A stretch of DNA of 64,000 nt from an uncultured Verrucomicrobiae bacterium (GCA_963731265.1 CAVSUE010000002.1:1-64000), one strand, 5' to 3'; counted from the stretch's first letter, positions 45,290 to 55,288 are shown. The notes: generated by a model not told the origin, from the letters alone. Translations and numbers: made by a program.

Positions 45290-47965
45290 ATGGAAAAAAT
45301 CTACATTGTCGACGCTGTAAACTTCTTATTCCGTTCCTATTATGCCATTGGCCCGATGACTAACGCGAAAGGGGAATCGACCAATGCGCTCTACGGGTTC
45401 ATCCGTTCAATTTTTAAATTGATGAATGAATTTTCACCCGATTATTTCATTGCCGTCTTTGACGGCCCGGACAATAAAAAATCGCGCACCGAGATTTATA
45501 GCCAATACAAGAGTCACCGTGCCGGCATGCCGGAGGATCTTTTTCCTCAGCTTGAACAGGCTATTCGCTTTTGTGAAATCGCCGGCATACCGAATCTATC
45601 TGTTACGGGGGTGGAAGCAGATGACACAATGGGAAGCATTGCCCTTTGGATGGAAAAAAAGGGCGTCCAAGTTTTTTTATGCACAAGCGACAAAGACTTC
45701 TGCCAGCTTGTCTCCGACAATATCTTCGTGGTGAACCCTCATAAAGACAACCTTCTGATCGATCGGGATAAAGTGAAAGGATTATTCGGCGTCTTCCCCG
45801 AGCAGATCGTCGACTTGCTGGCCATTGTTGGAGATGCATCGGACAACATTCCGGGGCTTGAAGGATTTGGGCCCAAGACAGCTGTAACCCTGCTCAACGA
45901 AATAGGCACTTTGGAGGAAATCCTCGCTCATCCTGAAAAATTAAGCGGAAAAAAAAGAGAAACGCTCGTCAACGACAAAGAAATCGCATTGCTAAGCAAA
46001 AAATTGGCAACCATCCACACAGAAGTTCCTTTTCCCAAAGAGGAAAAGTTTTTTCATCTAAAGGCGCCCGATTTGGAAAAGGTGAAAGAGTTTTACCATG
46101 AAATGCGCTTCATGTCCCTTTTGCGCGAATTAGGAGTCGAAGAAGAAGCCGAGCCAAAGGGGCGTCCGGTGAAAGAGCCGATCGCTGTGAAATACCATCT
46201 CGTCAACGACGAAAAGACTTTTCGTGATCTGATGGAACGTCTGGAAAAAGAGAAAGAGATCTGCATCGATACGGAGACAACGGATATCCGCCCCATGCTC
46301 GCCAGGGTTGTCGGCATAGGAATTGGCCTACGCGCGGGCGAAGCCTGGTACATTCCTTTAAACGGGTCTTTGGACAGGGGGAGTACTCTCGATGCACTCA
46401 AGCGTTTGTTTGAGAACCCCCACCTCAAATCCACCGGGCACAACATCAAATACGATCTGCATGTCCTGGCCAATGAAGGCATTCACATCAAAAATATCGC
46501 TTTCGACACTATTGTAGCTTCCTATTTGATCAATCCACAGACGCAGCGCCACAATCTCGATGCCCTTTCCTTAGAAAAGTTAGGAGAAGTCAAAATTTCT
46601 ATTGAAGACCTGATCGGCAAAGGGAAAAAACAGATCTCCATGCTGGAAGTTCCCTTAGAGAAGATCACGGCATACTGCTGCGAAGATGTCGATTATACTC
46701 TAAGGCTGAAAGGACTTTTCGAGAAAGATTTAGAACTTTTGGGATTGAATCCGGTTTTCCATCACATCGAATTGCCACTGATTCCTATATTGATGCAGAT
46801 GGAAAGAAACGGTATTTATGTCGATGTGAAAAAATTGAACACAATGTCCGAGCAGTTGAAAGGGCAATTAAAAGAATTGGAAGAGCAAATCTATGAGATG
46901 GCAGGAGAAGAGTTCAACATCAACTCCCCTAAACAACTAAGCGCCATTCTTTTTGAAAAAATGGGGATTAAGCCTCCCAAAAAAACGACGACGGGATTTT
47001 CCACGGCAATCGACGTTCTGGAATCTCTTCAAGAAAAAACCCCCATCGTGAAAAAAATTATCGACTATAGAAGTCTGGAAAAGCTCCGTTCTACTTATGT
47101 CGATGCATTGCCTGAACAAATCAATCCTGCGACCCATCGCATTCACTGCACGCTCAACCAATCGGTTGCGGCCACCGGAAGACTTTCCTGCCAGAACCCC
47201 AATTTGCAAAACATTCCCGTTCGCGGGGAAGAAGGGAAAAAAATCCGCGAAGCTTTCTTACCCGAGCAGAAAAATACCAGCTTTGTAGCCGCCGACTACT
47301 CTCAAATTGAACTTCGCCTGCTGGCCCACCTTTCGGAAGATCCTGCCCTTCTCAAAGCATTTCGCGAAGGAGACGATATCCACACTTACACGGCTGCACT
47401 TGTCTTTGGCGTGCCCATTGAAGAAGTCTCCTCCCAAATGCGCTACCAGGCTAAAGCCGTGAATTTCGGGATCATTTACGGCCAGCAAGCCTACGGCTTA
47501 TCTCAGCAAATCGGCATTCCATTTGATGAAGCGGAAGCCTTCATCCACCGCTACTTCGAGCGGTATTCGAACGTGAAAGAATTTCTTAACTTTTGTAAAG
47601 AAAGCGTCCGAAAAACCGGCCGAGCAATCACTCTGACCGGCAGACAGCGCCCGATTCCTGAAATCCACAGCAAAAACGGTGCCATTCGAGCTGCAGCCGA
47701 GAGACTGGCCATCAACACCCCTCTACAAGGCACCGCTGCCGATTTGATAAAAATGGCGATGATTCAAGTTGATGCCTATTTACAGAAAAATCCTCGTAAA
47801 GGAAAAATGATCTTGCAGATCCACGATGAATTATTATTTGAATCCCCCGATGAAGAAGCTCAGGAACTTGCATATAAAGTAAAAGAAATTATGGAGGGAA
47901 TTTTTTCTCTTAATGTCCCTCTTGTTGTGGATATTTCCATTGGAAAAAATTGGGGAGAATGCTAA
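45290..47965 (+). CDS. polA: DNA polymerase I
   Basis: 5'-3' exonuclease (EADD, GDASDNIPG), 3'-5' exonuclease (IDTETT), polymerase (ADYSQIELRLLAH, KAVNFGIIYG, QIHDEL). Confidence 0.97.
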   Translation: MEKIYIVDAVNFLFRSYYAIGPMTNAKGESTNALYGFIRSIFKLMNEFSPDYFIAVFDGPDNKKSRTEIYSQYKSHRAGMPEDLFPQLEQAIRFCEIAGIPNLSVTGVEADDTMGSIALWMEKKGVQVFLCTSDKDFCQLVSDNIFVVNPHKDNLLIDRDKVKGLFGVFPEQIVDLLAIVGDASDNIPGLEGFGPKTAVTLLNEIGTLEEILAHPEKLSGKKRETLVNDKEIALLSKKLATIHTEVPFPKEEKFFHLKAPDLEKVKEFYHEMRFMSLLRELGVEEEAEPKGRPVKEPIAVKYHLVNDEKTFRDLMERLEKEKEICIDTETTDIRPMLARVVGIGIGLRAGEAWYIPLNGSLDRGSTLDALKRLFENPHLKSTGHNIKYDLHVLANEGIHIKNIAFDTIVASYLINPQTQRHNLDALSLEKLGEVKISIEDLIGKGKKQISMLEVPLEKITAYCCEDVDYTLRLKGLFEKDLELLGLNPVFHHIELPLIPILMQMERNGIYVDVKKLNTMSEQLKGQLKELEEQIYEMAGEEFNINSPKQLSAILFEKMGIKPPKKTTTGFSTAIDVLESLQEKTPIVKKIIDYRSLEKLRSTYVDALPEQINPATHRIHCTLNQSVAATGRLSCQNPNLQNIPVRGEEGKKIREAFLPEQKNTSFVAADYSQIELRLLAHLSEDPALLKAFREGDDIHTYTAALVFGVPIEEVSSQMRYQAKAVNFGIIYGQQAYGLSQQIGIPFDEAEAFIHRYFERYSNVKEFLNFCKESVRKTGRAITLTGRQRPIPEIHSKNGAIRAAAERLAINTPLQGTAADLIKMAMIQVDAYLQKNPRKGKMILQIHDELLFESPDEEAQELAYKVKEIMEGIFSLNVPLVVDISIGKNWGEC

Positions 47966-48576
47966 AAGTTAAGAAAATTGCTGTAACCGGTGGGTTAGCA
48001 GCGGGTAAGACTACAGTCTGCCAAATCTTTAAAGAGCTCGGCGCCTCCGTCATAAGCGCTGATGAAGTAGTCCACCAATTATTATCTCCAGGAACTGCTG
48101 TTGGTCAACAGGTCGTAAGTCTACTCGGTTCAGACATCATTAGCGGTCAACAATTCGATCGAAAAAAGATCGCCGCTAAAGTGTTTTCTCAACCAGACCT
48201 TCTGAGCGCACTGGAAGAAATCATCCATCCGGCTGTATTTAATGAAATTGAGCGAAAATATCAGCAGATCGTTCGAGAAAAAAAACACCCCCTGTTTGTG
48301 GCTGAAGTCCCTCTTCTTTTCGAAGCAAAAGAACAGTGGCGATTTGATGCTATCGTCAGCGTCCTCGCCGATCCTGAACTTTGCAAAAAACGGTTTGTTC
48401 TACAAACGGATCAATCCATGGATGAATTTGAAAAACGGATGATAAGACAAATGACGCCCACAGAAAAAGCCCGCCAAGCCCATTTGACGATTGATAACAG
48501 CGGCGATATAGAGCAACTCAAAACACAAGTTAAAATTATTTACTCTCAACTAACTCAGGAGTCTGATTTTCAATGA
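47959..48576 (+). CDS. coaE: Dephospho-CoA kinase
   Basis: [32 protein letters not shown]. Confidence 0.92.
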   Translation: MLKVKKIAVTGGLAAGKTTVCQIFKELGASVISADEVVHQLLSPGTAVGQQVVSLLGSDIISGQQFDRKKIAAKVFSQPDLLSALEEIIHPAVFNEIERKYQQIVREKKHPLFVAEVPLLFEAKEQWRFDAIVSVLADPELCKKRFVLQTDQSMDEFEKRMIRQMTPTEKARQAHLTIDNSGDIEQLKTQVKIIYSQLTQESDFQ

Positions 48577-49919
48577 ATCAAGAAGACACTGTTCAAGATG
48601 TTCAAGAACCCGATCATGACAAGACCCCAAAAGGGCCAACGGATAGACCCCCACCGACTGAAAAAGTGACGAAAATTGCCGATCTGCAGCGTATGAACGT
48701 CGATCAGCTCAATCATTTTGCGCGCAATCTCGGCTTGAAAAATCTCGGCGCCCTTGCCAAGTCGCAAATTGTCTTCGAAATTGTTAAATACCTCTCTGAA
48801 AGACCCGAAGAGGTTCTTGTCGGCGAAGGGGTCCTGGAAGTCCTGCCCGACGGTTTTGGCTTTCTACGTTCTCCGAACTACAATTATCTCCCTTCCGCGG
48901 AAGACATTTACGTTTCCCCAGCTCAAATCCGCCGCTTTGACTTGAAAAAAGGGGACACAGTGTACGGGACGATCCGCTCTCCCAAAGAAAAGGAAAAGTA
49001 CTTCGCCCTGCTGAAAGTTGAGAAAATCAACAACACGCATCCCGATAAGGCCCGAGATCGAGTTCTTTTCGAAAACTTGACCCCGCTTTATCCAAGCTCT
49101 CGATTGGTGATGGAGACGACCAAAGACAGGATGACCACCAGGGTCTTGGATCTCACCTCTCCGATCGGTAAAGGGCAGAGAGCTCTCATCGTCGCTCCTC
49201 CCCGCTCAGGAAAAACGATCATCATGCAGCACATCGCCAATGCGATTGCGGTTAATCATCCTGAGGTTGTCCTGATCGTCTTGCTGATCGACGAGCGTCC
49301 GGAAGAAGTCACGGACATGATCCGCAGCGTCAAAGGGGAAGTCGTCTCGTCAACTTTTGACGAGCCACCCGAAAGGCACTGCCAAGTCGCCGAAATGGCG
49401 ATCGAAAAGGCACGCCGCCTTGTCGAATACGGCCACGACGTAGTCATCCTCCTCGACAACTTAACCCGATTGGCCCGCGCCTACAATACCGTTCAGCCCC
49501 ATTCAGGGAAAATCCTGTCCGGCGGTGTCGATGCCGGAGCGCTGCATAAACCGAAACGCTTTTTCGGCGCTGCACGCAATATCGAAGAAGGTGGCTCCCT
49601 CACGATCATCGCTACCGCATTGATCGATACGGGGTCCCGTATGGACGAGGTCATCTTCGAAGAGTTCAAGGGAACAGGCAACATGGAGCTTGTTCTCGAT
49701 CGAAGGCTCGCCGAACGTCGCGTATGGCCTGCCATCGATATCATGAAGAGCGGCACCCGCAAAGAAGAGCTCCTCTACCACCCCGATGAGCTCGAAAAGG
49801 TCTACATGATGCGGCAAGCCTTGGCAGATCTCTCTCCGCTCGATGCGATGAACCTCCTCATCGGCCGTCTCAAGAAGACCAACAACAACGTCGAGTTCCT
49901 GCTCGCAATGAAGGATTAA
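48573..49919 (+). CDS. rho: Transcription termination factor Rho
   Basis: [58 protein letters not shown]. Confidence 0.97.
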   Translation: MNQEDTVQDVQEPDHDKTPKGPTDRPPPTEKVTKIADLQRMNVDQLNHFARNLGLKNLGALAKSQIVFEIVKYLSERPEEVLVGEGVLEVLPDGFGFLRSPNYNYLPSAEDIYVSPAQIRRFDLKKGDTVYGTIRSPKEKEKYFALLKVEKINNTHPDKARDRVLFENLTPLYPSSRLVMETTKDRMTTRVLDLTSPIGKGQRALIVAPPRSGKTIIMQHIANAIAVNHPEVVLIVLLIDERPEEVTDMIRSVKGEVVSSTFDEPPERHCQVAEMAIEKARRLVEYGHDVVILLDNLTRLARAYNTVQPHSGKILSGGVDAGALHKPKRFFGAARNIEEGGSLTIIATALIDTGSRMDEVIFEEFKGTGNMELVLDRRLAERRVWPAIDIMKSGTRKEELLYHPDELEKVYMMRQALADLSPLDAMNLLIGRLKKTNNNVEFLLAMKD

Positions 49920-49925
49920 TGAAAT

Positions 49926-49947
49926 GGCGCAGCAAAAAAACTGCGCC
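49926..49947 (+). terminator. Hairpin immediately downstream of rho
   Basis: GGCGCAG-caaaaaaa-CTGCGCC with only a weak U-tract. Confidence 0.4.
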
Positions 49948-49952
49948 TTAAT

Positions 49953-50142
49953 TACCCGCTGCATCAAAAAGGTGACAATTTGCTCGCTGCAGCTTTGCTA
50001 AATCAATCCAGGGTTCGCCTAAGCTCACTTGCCCCAGTGGGAAGGTCCACCGGACTTTCTCGCATTCTCCGCAGACCTTGCCCCCTTCGCATTGGCTGTG
50101 CCCCCGGAGACCCATCTTGCCACCTTTTTTCAGGCGCGGGTA
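49953..50142. mobile_element. MITE-like element carrying the AGGTCCACCGGAC motif
   Basis: Imperfect TIR TACCCGCTGCATCAAAAAGGTGACAA / TTGCCACCTTTTTTCAGGCGCGGGTA. Confidence 0.6.
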
Positions 50143-50147
50143 GATAA

Positions 50148-51002
50148 TTACGCTTTTGATTGAAAAAGTTGGGCATTGGCCAACCGTTTGGAAAAAGAGG
50201 GATGAAGGATGTCCAACCTATTGTCTCCAGAGGAGGATATATACCCCTTTTTTTCGGGTGGACACCATAGTCCCCCTTTTAACGATTTGAAATAATTCAT
50301 TCGATTCGAAAAGTAACTTATTGCTCCTCTATTTGTATTCAGAATTTTTAATGCTGTTTGATCTGCATCGGTTTCTCTGATTCGATGACCAAAATTTTCC
50401 AGAGGAGAAGCGAAGAATTCAATGACGGGAATAATCAATGGCGACAAGAAGATTGTTCCCAAAACTTCCGAGGCGAGAATGGAAGTCTTAAGCAAAGATT
50501 CTATTAAAAAATGATTGTGACTTACATGAGTCAATTCATGTGCTAGTGCAAAATCAATGTCTTCTCTTGGCCGACAAGCTATTTCTTTATTAATATAGAC
50601 AACTACTTCTTTTGAAAAAAATGTCCCCAAAGCGCCAGCCCCTTCTCGAGAGGGGAAGATCCTGATTTTCTTGTGTATAGCCATTCCCTTAGCTAATTCA
50701 TCAACGCGATCGATAATGTAATGTAAATTTTCCTTTGGCGGGACATTTCCGTCGAGATAACATAAAGGATCGTTCTCACTGTCAACCCTTGCATGGGTAA
50801 GTTCAAAACGGCTTTGGAAATCCTCGACCCGTTTCGCGGGATTCAGACAATAATAAAAACGTTTCGGAAGTGTAATTATTCTATTGAAGACTCCAAATAT
50901 AGAATTTGTAAAAGCATCCTTGAGATGTGGAAAATACTCATACCACAGTGAATCCAGTTTAGATTCCTGCGTAAAATTAATACTTGCAGCACTTGATACC
51001 AT
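50148..51002 (-). CDS. M48-like zinc metallopeptidase domain protein
   Basis: FALAHELTHV (HExxH), RETDADQTA, HPSFSKRL; Ser-rich N-terminus; AT-rich. Confidence 0.7.
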   Translation of the reverse strand: MVSSAASINFTQESKLDSLWYEYFPHLKDAFTNSIFGVFNRIITLPKRFYYCLNPAKRVEDFQSRFELTHARVDSENDPLCYLDGNVPPKENLHYIIDRVDELAKGMAIHKKIRIFPSREGAGALGTFFSKEVVVYINKEIACRPREDIDFALAHELTHVSHNHFLIESLLKTSILASEVLGTIFLSPLIIPVIEFFASPLENFGHRIRETDADQTALKILNTNRGAISYFSNRMNYFKSLKGGLWCPPEKKGYISSSGDNRLDILHPSFSKRLANAQLFQSKA

Positions 51003-51140
51003 ATTTCTTCTCCTGGGTATTTTGAACAGGATATTTTTTATCTACAGACATTTAAAATCAATATTAATCCACACAAACTAATTCTTGTGCAAATCGATGG
51101 GTTTGATATGCAATCAGATTATCGCTCGTTTTATATGAAT

Positions 51141-51348
51141 CGAACGTCGCGTATGGCCCGCCATCGATATCATGAAGAGCGGCACCCGCAAAGAAGAGCT
51201 CCTCTACCACCCCGATGAGCTCGAAAAGGTCTACCTCATGCGGCAAGCCTTGGGAGATCTCTCTCCGCTCAATGCGATGAACCTCTTGATCCGCCGTCTC
51301 AATAAGACCAACAACAACCTCGAGTTCCTGCTCGCGACGAAGGATTAA
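51141..51348 (+). pseudogene. rho: Degenerate duplicate of the last 208 bp of rho
   Basis: Aligns without gaps to 49712-49919 with 12 mismatches (manual count) and ends at the same TAA; in-frame TGA just upstream. Confidence 0.92.
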
Positions 51349-51611
51349 ACAATTCACATGTCGGGGACAAAGCACTTCGTGTCTTTGGCCTCCGTCCTGG
51401 TTCGCCTAAAAGCTCTCCTGCAAGAACTGGAAGTGGTCTAGGATTCTAGGATGAGGTCGTACACCCCTCCCAAGCCAATGGAGGTATATTGAAATCACTA
51501 AAAGTAACTTAGAAGACTATTTTCTTTGGTTAAAATATACCCTTATGGTACATCTAAATCATGGATAAACTACCTTTTCAAATATGATTAACGCATTGGA
51601 TGTACCATACC

Positions 51612-52415
51612 ATGGATGAGTTGGCAGGGTTGGGCAAATTATCTCGCAAGAGACTTTCAGACGTGCTTCGCAATTCAAAAGGTTGTATATCAGTAAGTTT
51701 GGTAGCAGAAACATTAAACGTCTCAAGAGAGCGGGCAAGGCTATACCTGTCCTCATGGGCAAAAAATGGCTGGCTGCGAAGAGTCAGGCGGGGACTATAT
51801 TTCCCAGTAGATGTAGCTGCTGAAACTCCCGACGGCGGCCTCCTCGATCCATGGGTAATAGCCTCTCAAATCTTTTCTCCTTGCTATATCGGGGGGTGGT
51901 CTGCTGCCCAGCATTGGGGTCTCACCGAACAGATTTTCGAATCGACCATCGTCTTTACATCTCGACGCCTAAATCAGAAAGAACAGTCCGTTGCAGGATT
52001 AGCATTTTTGATAAAGAAAACAGCGCCCGACAAAATGTTTGGACTCAAGACCATCTGGAAAGATCAAGCGAAAGTACAAGTATCCGATCCTCACAAAACG
52101 ATCACAGATATGTTGGATGATCCTTCCATTGGAGGAGGGATTCGTTCTGTAATTGATTTTTTCCAGCAATATCTATCCTCAAACAATTGCGATTTAAACA
52201 TGCTAACTCAATATGCAGACAACATGAAAAACAAGACAATATTCAAAAGACTAGGATTTATTTTATCAAAAATAAAACCAAAAGAAGCCAATTGGATTAC
52301 ATATTGTCTAGAACGTCTTAGCGAAGGAAATTCACAATTAGATCCTTCATCCAAGGGGGAGCGTCTCATCAAAAAATGGAAATTATGGATTCCTGAGGGA
52401 TTTAATGATCAATAA
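51612..52415 (+). CDS. Type IV toxin-antitoxin antitoxin, AbiEi family (N-terminal wHTH)
   Basis: GWLRRVRRGLY, PCYIGGWSAAQHWGLTEQ, VSDPHKTITDMLDDP, KRLGFIL; overlaps the downstream nucleotidyltransferase. Confidence 0.85.
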   Translation: MDELAGLGKLSRKRLSDVLRNSKGCISVSLVAETLNVSRERARLYLSSWAKNGWLRRVRRGLYFPVDVAAETPDGGLLDPWVIASQIFSPCYIGGWSAAQHWGLTEQIFESTIVFTSRRLNQKEQSVAGLAFLIKKTAPDKMFGLKTIWKDQAKVQVSDPHKTITDMLDDPSIGGGIRSVIDFFQQYLSSNNCDLNMLTQYADNMKNKTIFKRLGFILSKIKPKEANWITYCLERLSEGNSQLDPSSKGERLIKKWKLWIPEGFNDQ

Positions 52416-53121
52416 ATTCGAAATTTCACGAAAAGCAAAAGAGTTTGGATTACAATCTTCTACCATCGAGAAAGATTATGTTTTGGGATGGATGCTGATC
52501 GGCATCCTAAATCATCCTCAAACGAGGGATTCATGGGTTTTTAAAGGTGGCACATGCCTTAAAAAATGCTTTTTTAATCGGTACCGATTTTCGGAAGATT
52601 TGGACTTCACTCTGCTGGATTCTCAGCAAATAAAAGAACAGATACTCAGGCCTATCTTAGAAGAGATCGCGCAATGGGTCTATGAGCAGTCAGGGATTGA
52701 AATTCCTGAAAATCTGATCTCCTTAGACCCTCATCGCAGCCTGTCAGTGCAAGGCAAGCTATCGTACCGAGGTCCTTTGAAACAGCCCGTTCCCTATCCT
52801 TCTATTAAACTTGATCTTACAGCTAATGAAAAAATTGTGCTCAAGCCTGAAAAGCGAGCGGTTTTTCATGACTATTCTGATCGGCCGAGCATTGAACCAC
52901 AAATTTTGAGCTATTCGTATGAAGAGATTTTTGCCGAGAAACTGCGTGCTCTTGCGGAACGGGCTCGTCCTCGGGATCTGTATGATATCATTCATCTTTA
53001 TCAAGATCGACATCGCCTTACCGATATAGCCAAACTCTTAGAGTCGCTCAAAGGCAAATGCGCCTTTAAAAAAATGCCAATGCCGATGAAGAAAAACTCA
53101 AAGCGATGCTTGCGGAAATGA
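52405..53121 (+). CDS. Type IV TA toxin, AbiEii/AbiGii nucleotidyltransferase (probably C-terminally truncated)
   Basis: IEKDYVLGW, FKGGTCLKK, YRFSEDLDFT, EEIFAEKLRAL, RPRDLYD. Confidence 0.85.
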   Translation: MINKFEISRKAKEFGLQSSTIEKDYVLGWMLIGILNHPQTRDSWVFKGGTCLKKCFFNRYRFSEDLDFTLLDSQQIKEQILRPILEEIAQWVYEQSGIEIPENLISLDPHRSLSVQGKLSYRGPLKQPVPYPSIKLDLTANEKIVLKPEKRAVFHDYSDRPSIEPQILSYSYEEIFAEKLRALAERARPRDLYDIIHLYQDRHRLTDIAKLLESLKGKCAFKKMPMPMKKNSKRCLRK

Positions 53122-53768
53122 AGAAAGCGTGCCAAACGCTTCCCCCTTCTATGCAGCAATCGATGCAAAAGAACTTTGCGGAGTGGGAAGCTCAGTTTTT
53201 TAAGCAGTATAAGGCCAAGAAGCCTACGGATCAGGAGAAGATTCAATCCGGAATGTATCTATGCGCTTTGTATTTCAGGGTGGAGGCTCTCATGTTCCAC
53301 GCTGGACTGAGCAGTAAGGCTCAGCTGACCTGGTTGAAATTTCATACAGGGGTGAAAGAGCATCTTACAGAGGTTTTACCCAAGCAACGTCCTGCAGAAC
53401 CGTTTATTGCCCAATACCGACAAAGGGAGCTCGATAAAAAATATCTCGTTCAGATTGGAAAGATGAAGGAGTTTTTTCAACAGCTGCGGGATCAATTGTA
53501 TCTACAAGGCAACACCATCAATGATGAATTGATGACGGGATTTAATACCATTCAGAATGAGATGATCGAGGTCCAAGAGGCGACGAATCTTTCGACGGAG
53601 CAAGTTTACCAGGGGATGGAGGCGCTGACAAAGAGTGTGACGCACCTCTTCCTCGAATATCGGGAACACATGAAAGAGATGAAAGGGATTGCCGACTTAT
53701 TGCAGCTCCATGGAATTACTTTGGAGCAAACTTTAAAGGATGCGGAAAGGGTCTTAAACAAGGTTTAA
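53106..53768 (+). CDS. Helical/coiled-coil hypothetical protein (possibly 5'-truncated)
   Basis: 220-aa ORF rich in Q/E/K/L; the frame stays open upstream to ~53070 without a start codon. Confidence 0.6.
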   Translation: MLAEMKKACQTLPPSMQQSMQKNFAEWEAQFFKQYKAKKPTDQEKIQSGMYLCALYFRVEALMFHAGLSSKAQLTWLKFHTGVKEHLTEVLPKQRPAEPFIAQYRQRELDKKYLVQIGKMKEFFQQLRDQLYLQGNTINDELMTGFNTIQNEMIEVQEATNLSTEQVYQGMEALTKSVTHLFLEYREHMKEMKGIADLLQLHGITLEQTLKDAERVLNKV

Positions 53769-53770
53769 AT

Positions 53771-54274
53771 ATGTTTCCAGTGGATCCCGATATTTTTCGA
53801 GTCGATCTTCAGAACGACATCGCGTATCACATGGCCCGCGAAGAGGGATACTCTCCTCAAGAAGCGCTGAAAAATGAGCTTAACAAAGAAATGGAAGAGT
53901 ACGCCGCTGAACAGGCAGAAATTGAGGAGGCGTTGCTCCAAAGAATAGAGAGTGTCGTGGGCGTCCTTACCTCGATGCTTCAAGCGATGCAGCAAAATGA
54001 TCCCAATGGCCCCGCGCGCAACCAGCTCGACCACCTGACGCACTCCATTCTTGAGCTGGAAGAGGCAAAAGCAGGAAGTGAAAGCGACCTTTTGCAAGCA
54101 AAAAACCTCTTAAGCACCATGAAAAGACAATATGCCATCCTGAAAGGAAAATTTGAACAGCTGAAACAGAAACACGAGAGAGCCACGCGGGAAGATCCGT
54201 TAAATTCTTTTGTGACCGACGCGGGCGCCCGCATATGCAGATCGATCTCTGTCCATTCGTCCAGGAGAAATTAA
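53771..54274 (+). CDS. Coiled-coil hypothetical protein
   Basis: 167 aa, E/Q/L-rich heptads, 2 bp after the previous stop. Confidence 0.65.
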   Translation: MFPVDPDIFRVDLQNDIAYHMAREEGYSPQEALKNELNKEMEEYAAEQAEIEEALLQRIESVVGVLTSMLQAMQQNDPNGPARNQLDHLTHSILELEEAKAGSESDLLQAKNLLSTMKRQYAILKGKFEQLKQKHERATREDPLNSFVTDAGARICRSISVHSSRRN

Positions 54275-55275
54275 TGGCTATTCCGCCCGTACAACCCTCG
54301 GTCAATCCGGGGCAATTTAACCCGACTGCCGATTCATTTGTTCTTCGAAGAAGAATTCAAGCTGAACTCGCAGAGATCCGCGACGAATTGCAACAATCCC
54401 ATTTAACAGAGCGCAATGTGGGGCCCGTTGCGGACCTCATTGCGGTTTGGCTCGAGGAGTTTCAGCGGTTTGTGAGACCTCCTGTGCGCGGTGAGGTCAT
54501 GCCCGATCTCAACGAGGCGATTCGTCTTTATAAGGGGCAGCTTGAAAATCTCCTTGCAGACCCGATCCACATCGAAAGGCCCTATCCTCCCCAGCTCTTT
54601 GGAGAACTCCCCCCTCGTATTGTGCGGTTCATGGTCGCCAAAGCAACTAATCCCAATTCTGTTCTTTTTTCACAGCGCATCTATGACGCAAAACCCTCTC
54701 CACCTGCGCCTCCTATCATCCCTGAAAATATCGAAGAACAATTGCGCATGCTCAATGCCCTGCGAGCGCAACGCCTCCGGGAAGAAGAGCAGCAGATGCC
54801 GGGGATTCAAGAGCTGATGAGCAAGCTTCGGCAAATGGAAGCGCGCCAAAACGAAAATTTGGCGGCAATCGGCGAACGCTTCCGTGCGGCTATTGCCCCT
54901 CTTGCCGCTGCCATCAAACAGATGGAAGCCGATGTGCCACGCCAAAAAGAAAAACTTTTTTCTGCTGTCAGGCGCCAGCAGGAAAGGCAGGAAGAATTGA
55001 AAAAAAATCTTGTGGTTTTGCAAAGAGAACGTCGGCAGGTGCGCACAGAGATTGATGAGCAGAGCAAGGCCGATCTCGACTTGCGGATCTCAACGAATCG
55101 CCTTGAGCAATCCATCGAACAGAAAAAACAGGAATACTCTGAGTCTCTTTTAAAGAGTGCAGTGCTATTGGCACTTTCTATAGGAGTGACTTGGGCTGTA
55201 TCTTCCTATTATCCCGGAACAAGCATCCACTTTATGAATCCCAAATACCCTGTTTCACTCAACTTCGTCTTTTAA
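54274..55275 (+). CDS. Coiled-coil protein with a single C-terminal hydrophobic segment
   Basis: Start at ATG 54274 (TAATG overlap, AGGAG upstream); long heptad region followed by SAVLLALSIGVTWAVSSYY. Confidence 0.7.
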   Translation: MAIPPVQPSVNPGQFNPTADSFVLRRRIQAELAEIRDELQQSHLTERNVGPVADLIAVWLEEFQRFVRPPVRGEVMPDLNEAIRLYKGQLENLLADPIHIERPYPPQLFGELPPRIVRFMVAKATNPNSVLFSQRIYDAKPSPPAPPIIPENIEEQLRMLNALRAQRLREEEQQMPGIQELMSKLRQMEARQNENLAAIGERFRAAIAPLAAAIKQMEADVPRQKEKLFSAVRRQQERQEELKKNLVVLQRERRQVRTEIDEQSKADLDLRISTNRLEQSIEQKKQEYSESLLKSAVLLALSIGVTWAVSSYYPGTSIHFMNPKYPVSLNFVF

Positions 55276-55288
55276 CTGGAGAATCCTT

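Noticed and set aside
51064..51375. 103-aa minus-strand ORF, and the similar 49503-49967 ORF
   Set aside because: Antisense shadows of the rho 3' end and its duplicate, not independent genes
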